The position numbers and the translations under genes are program-made. A stretch of DNA of 64,000 nucleotides. Origin: Amoebidium appalachense. Taxonomy: Eukaryota > Protista > Ichthyosporea. The DNA lies in NCBI GenBank assembly GCA_963693365.1, contig CAVNZM010000010.1, positions 4,400,159 to 4,464,158 of the forward strand. The letters are read 5' to 3'. Positions 59,570 through 64,000 of this stretch are shown here, piece by piece (positions within the stretch are counted from its first letter, which is position 1; the number at the start of each line of letters is the position of its first letter). The notes under the pieces were generated by a model. The model did no database searches. It worked only from the letters and a program-made list of their open reading frames with translations, and was not told the DNA's origin.

Positions 59570-59608
<39 letters not shown>

Positions 59609-60459
59609 CTGTTATCTCTCTCTCTTTCTGTGCGTGTGTGGCGGGCGTGTACACGTGTGTATACACGTATTTTTTGGATGAAAGGAGGGAGGGGGGGGGG
59701 GGGGGTATTGATGTGCAGCAGATAATGCTAGGTGGCACGTGGTGAATGCTATTAATTGTAATCAACATGTAAGTGGGTGTGTTGGGCATTCCATCCGCCC
59801 ACCCACCCACCCACACACACACACGCACACACATGCACATACACACACACACGCCATGCGCGCGCGCACACACACACACACACACCCATGTACATAGCCT
59901 GCTCATTCCCACATAAACAAGGCACCAAAACACATGTGGTCTCCCTTTGAAGTTTACTCTCTTTAAAGTACCCGTACCCCCCTCCTCCCCTCCCCCTCCT
60001 CCCCCCCCAACCCACACCCCACACACACCCACACAAACACATGCACACACGCACCATCGTGGCAACTCCAGAGTAGGCAAAGTGCCTCTCCAGAAGTGTC
60101 ACCCAGTCACAGTCAACCCTGATCTCCCAAAAAAAGGGATACCCGAGATGACGGCACACCGCCGTGGAGGCTCGAATCGGGTCGAGTTTCGGGCCAACCA
60201 CAGAGATCACTCGGGCCCGGCCATCCAAATCCTTCGTAATTTTTGAAAGTACGGATGTCTGGTCGGTAGTGTGACCGATCAGAATACACCTTGAAAGCTT
60301 TACCTTCCCCCCTCCCCCCCCCCCCCCCCCCCCCCCCCCCCCTTCCCCTCCCCCTCCCAGCTTCCCCAAATCAACTCTGCTTGACATATGACTCTCTATT
60401 TCCCCTTTCAGGGCGGACACCACCTCCCCCCTTCCCCTTGGCCTTCCCTCCCGTCACCT

Positions 60460-60628
<169 letters not shown>

Positions 60629-60745
60629 ATATTGTTTAGAAGAATGTTATAGAATGGTTAATGTGGGCGGTACGCCCTTCGGAATGCATGTGGGAGGCAA
60701 AGAAAGAGTGTAGAAAATGCTGGATTTGGGGAAGGTGTGTGGGGT

Positions 60746-60786
<41 letters not shown>

Positions 60787-61478
60787 GGGGAAAGACGGGT
60801 TGCGTGGTTCTATAGGTAATTAGCTTGAGTAATGTTTTTTTTTTTTTGTTTGTTTGTTTGTTTGTTTGGGGTCGGGGAGGGGGGCGAGGGGAAAGGAGGG
60901 ATGAGGAATGAAGCCATATGGCTTTATAACTTGCTCATTTGATTCTTTTTTCTCTCCCCCCTCCCTCCCCCTCCCCCCTCCCCCCCCCCCCCCCATCCCC
61001 TCCCCCCATCCGCCCAACCATATTAAAGGTACATACCGACTCCTCTGTTACCATGACGAAAACAATGCCTGAATGCAGGGCCACCTCGGGATGACGTTGA
61101 GGAGGCATGAGCGTACACAGACCATACTGCTCCCACTCATCGGCACTGGTGAACGGGCAGGGTAGGAATATCGGGCCAGGTCGGGAAAGTGGTCGTTTCA
61201 ACCGCGCTGTCGACAAAATCATTGGCAATTTGCCGTAATTCATCCTCCAACCCTTCGGGATAATAACCTTGTAGCCACTTGGACCCCCCTGGAGCAGAAT
61301 TTGCGGATAGTCGGCAGGGTTCGTGTTCTCAAATGTTTCCGGGTCGGGGTTTGTGGGCAGACCCGGATCGGCATTTGCATGAATCGGGAGAGACGTATCC
61401 ATGGATGCAGGGGTGGAGCCAGCTGGCGGGCTAGGAGATTGGAGAAGAAGAGGTGTCTTCCCCGATAGAGATTCCAGT

Positions 61479-61552
<74 letters not shown>

Positions 61553-61564
61553 GCGTGTGTGTGT

Positions 61565-61780
61565 GCGGGTATGTGTGCGCGCAGGCGTGCATGCGTGCAT
61601 GCGTGTGTGTGCGTGTAGGTTTGCGTGTGCGTGCGTGTGCGCGTGCGTGAAAGATAGAGAAAGAGTGTGTTTGCGGGTATGTGTGCGCGCAGGCGTGCAT
61701 GCGTGCATGCGTGTGTGTGCGTGTAGGTTTGCGTGTGCGTGCGTGTGCGCGTGCGTGAAAGATAGAGAAAGAGTGTGTGT
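61565..61780. repeat. ~108-bp tandem duplication in GT-rich intron sequence
   Basis: gcgggtatgtgtgcgcgcaggcgtgcatg...gaaagatagagaaagagtgtgt occurs twice. Confidence 0.85.
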
Positions 61781-62462
61781 GTTTGTGTGTTCATGTGTGC
61801 CTGTGTGTGTGAGTGTGCGTGTGCATGTGCGTGTGAGTATGACTCACGGTTGGTGTCTGTATGTGGTGTGTGTGTCAACATTTGTCTGTGTGTATTTGTG
61901 TTTTTGGTGTGTGTGTGTGTGCGTGTGGGTGTGTGTGTGTGCGTATGCATGTGCGTCTGAGTGTGACCGTGTGTTGGTGTATATATGTGTGTGTGTGTGT
62001 GCGTGCGTGCGTGCGCACGTGCGTGTGCGCGTGGTTTAATGTGTGCGTGTGCGTAAGTGTGTTCATGTGTGTGCGTGTGTGTGTTTGTGTAAAAGTGTTT
62101 TGTTTCTTATAATCAAGGGTTTATTTTATTTTATTTTTTGTGGGGGAGGCGGGTGGGAGGGAGGGGGGGGATGGGGGAAGGGGGGGGGCGCCCACTAAAA
62201 TCCTTTCCGCCTAGGAGTTATTTCGATGCGAGTGTGGTTGTGTGTGTGGGCGTGCGGGTGCCTGCCGGCAATTTTTTTTTTTTTTTTTTTTTTTTTTGGT
62301 GGTGGTGGTGGTGGTGGTGGTGGGGGGGGGATGGTTTGGGGGGGGGGGGGGGGGGGGGGGGGGGAGGGGGGGTCGTTATGAGGCTAGGGGTTGTGGGACA
62401 AGGGATAGTGGTGACGGGGGTATGGAAGACAGGATTGGCACAAGAGATTAATTTTTCACGCT

Positions 62463-62502
<40 letters not shown>

Positions 62503-62523
62503 TGTGTGTATGTGTCTGTGTGT

Positions 62524-62578
<55 letters not shown>

Positions 62579-62621
<43 letters not shown>
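62579..62621. repeat. (TAT)n microsatellite between G runs
   Basis: Direct sequence. Confidence 0.95.
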
Positions 62622-63791
62622 GTGGGGGGGGGGGGGGGGGGGGCTTACCCGAGGAAACATGCGGGCCAAGTCCTCTTTCATCTCGTTGCACAACTCCAGC
62701 ACCCTCACCCACCCATTGGGGGTTTCCTGCCCATCCTTCGACTCTCCTTCCTCCATTCTGACAAGTGTTTTCAGGGCAGTCTCTGCCTTTTTGGCACCCC
62801 TCACCACCACCTCCCGGCAACTATCCCAAAAGAGTTTATCTACTGCATTTTCGAGTGCGGATATAACAATCTGCGTGGATAGCCTAGGGATAGACCCACG
62901 AGTCACTCTTCTGTGGCTTCTGTCGTTGAGAAGTTGTTCCGCCGTGGCGGGGTCAAATTGTTAAGACGAAAGGAAATCCCATACGGTCTGTCTCACTTTG
63001 ATGGCCACTTGGTGGTAGTCGACTGTGTGTTGTGTGGCGTTGTAACACACCCCTGACCTGTGAAGGAGATCAGCAGAGTAAATGTTTGGAACTGACATAC
63101 TAGTGGCTAAAAGGGGATGGTTTTTTTCCAATGACGTTAAGTTAGTGACAGTGCAGTGCTTTAACAGCCCCCCCCCCCCCCCCCCCCCCCCCTCCCCCCT
63201 CCCCCCCCTCCCCCCCCCCTCCCCCCCAAAAAAATAAAGAAAACTATAAAAGAGGGTAGGGATGCTACCGAAGATGTTGAGTGTTACTCAAAATAGAAAA
63301 CCAAAAATAGAATTTTCGAGTAGGCCGTGGTTTACTCTGATCGGTATGGAATCTACACACATGATTAAGGATGTCAAAGTATACCTCGACTTGTTTGATA
63401 CATAAAACTAACACACTCACTACAGCCCCTTCAAACTATGTACTTCATTTTCATCGAAGCTATGTAGTGATTGTTGTGAGATATTTGCAGGATAACCGAG
63501 CACATACCATACTATCCACGTCGACGAAAACCCCATATCGGGAAACCCCTTCAGCCAATCAGCTGCAGTCTTTGCAAATTCCTCCCTCCACTCCGTCATG
63601 TTCGTGCTCACGACCTCGTCTGCTTCGCGCACCAATTGCTGCACGTGGCCCATGATATTGCTCCAATCAGAGTAGGTAACCTCTTTTCGTTGGAACATAG
63701 GAATGACGTCGCTGTGGCTCATAGCAGCCGCCCAGTCCTCTCGGGCATCGGAGAGGGAAGAGGCCAGAGCTGTGTGAAGTTTGGGGAAAGG

Positions 63792-63842
<51 letters not shown>

Positions 63843-63900
63843 CGCGCGTGTGCACATCAGGAGAAGGGAGCGGAAGGGAGGGAGGGGGCTTGCGTGTGTG

Positions 63901-63977
<77 letters not shown>

Positions 63978-64000
63978 GTGTGTGTTACTGTGTGTGTGTG

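Overview
Intron-rich eukaryotic genomic DNA saturated with poly-G/poly-C tracts and (CA)/(GT)/(CT) microsatellites; nearly all entries in the ORF track are translations of these repeats. Splicing by hand resolves four genes. (1) An intact 10-exon BCS1 (mitochondrial AAA chaperone, 427 aa) on the + strand, 42958-51363. (2-4) Three paralogues of one large multi-exon gene (16 exons in A and B) on the - strand: copy A 17850->172, copy B 37886->21572, and a more divergent, lesion-rich copy C running in from beyond the window end to 53118. The spliced product (~1400 aa) has an N-terminal dynamin-like P-loop GTPase whose Walker A is split by an intron, a helical middle, a C-terminal region resembling a degenerate GREB1/TAGT-type glycosyltransferase (inference), and a disordered tail. 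Also present: a copy-A-specific intronic insertion with a 260-bp foldback, a 201-bp MITE-like foldback, a conserved and possibly structured non-coding block upstream of A and B, and a 1.58-kb tandem duplication of one copy-C exon. Gene models and family assignments are manual and need RNA-seq and profile searches.
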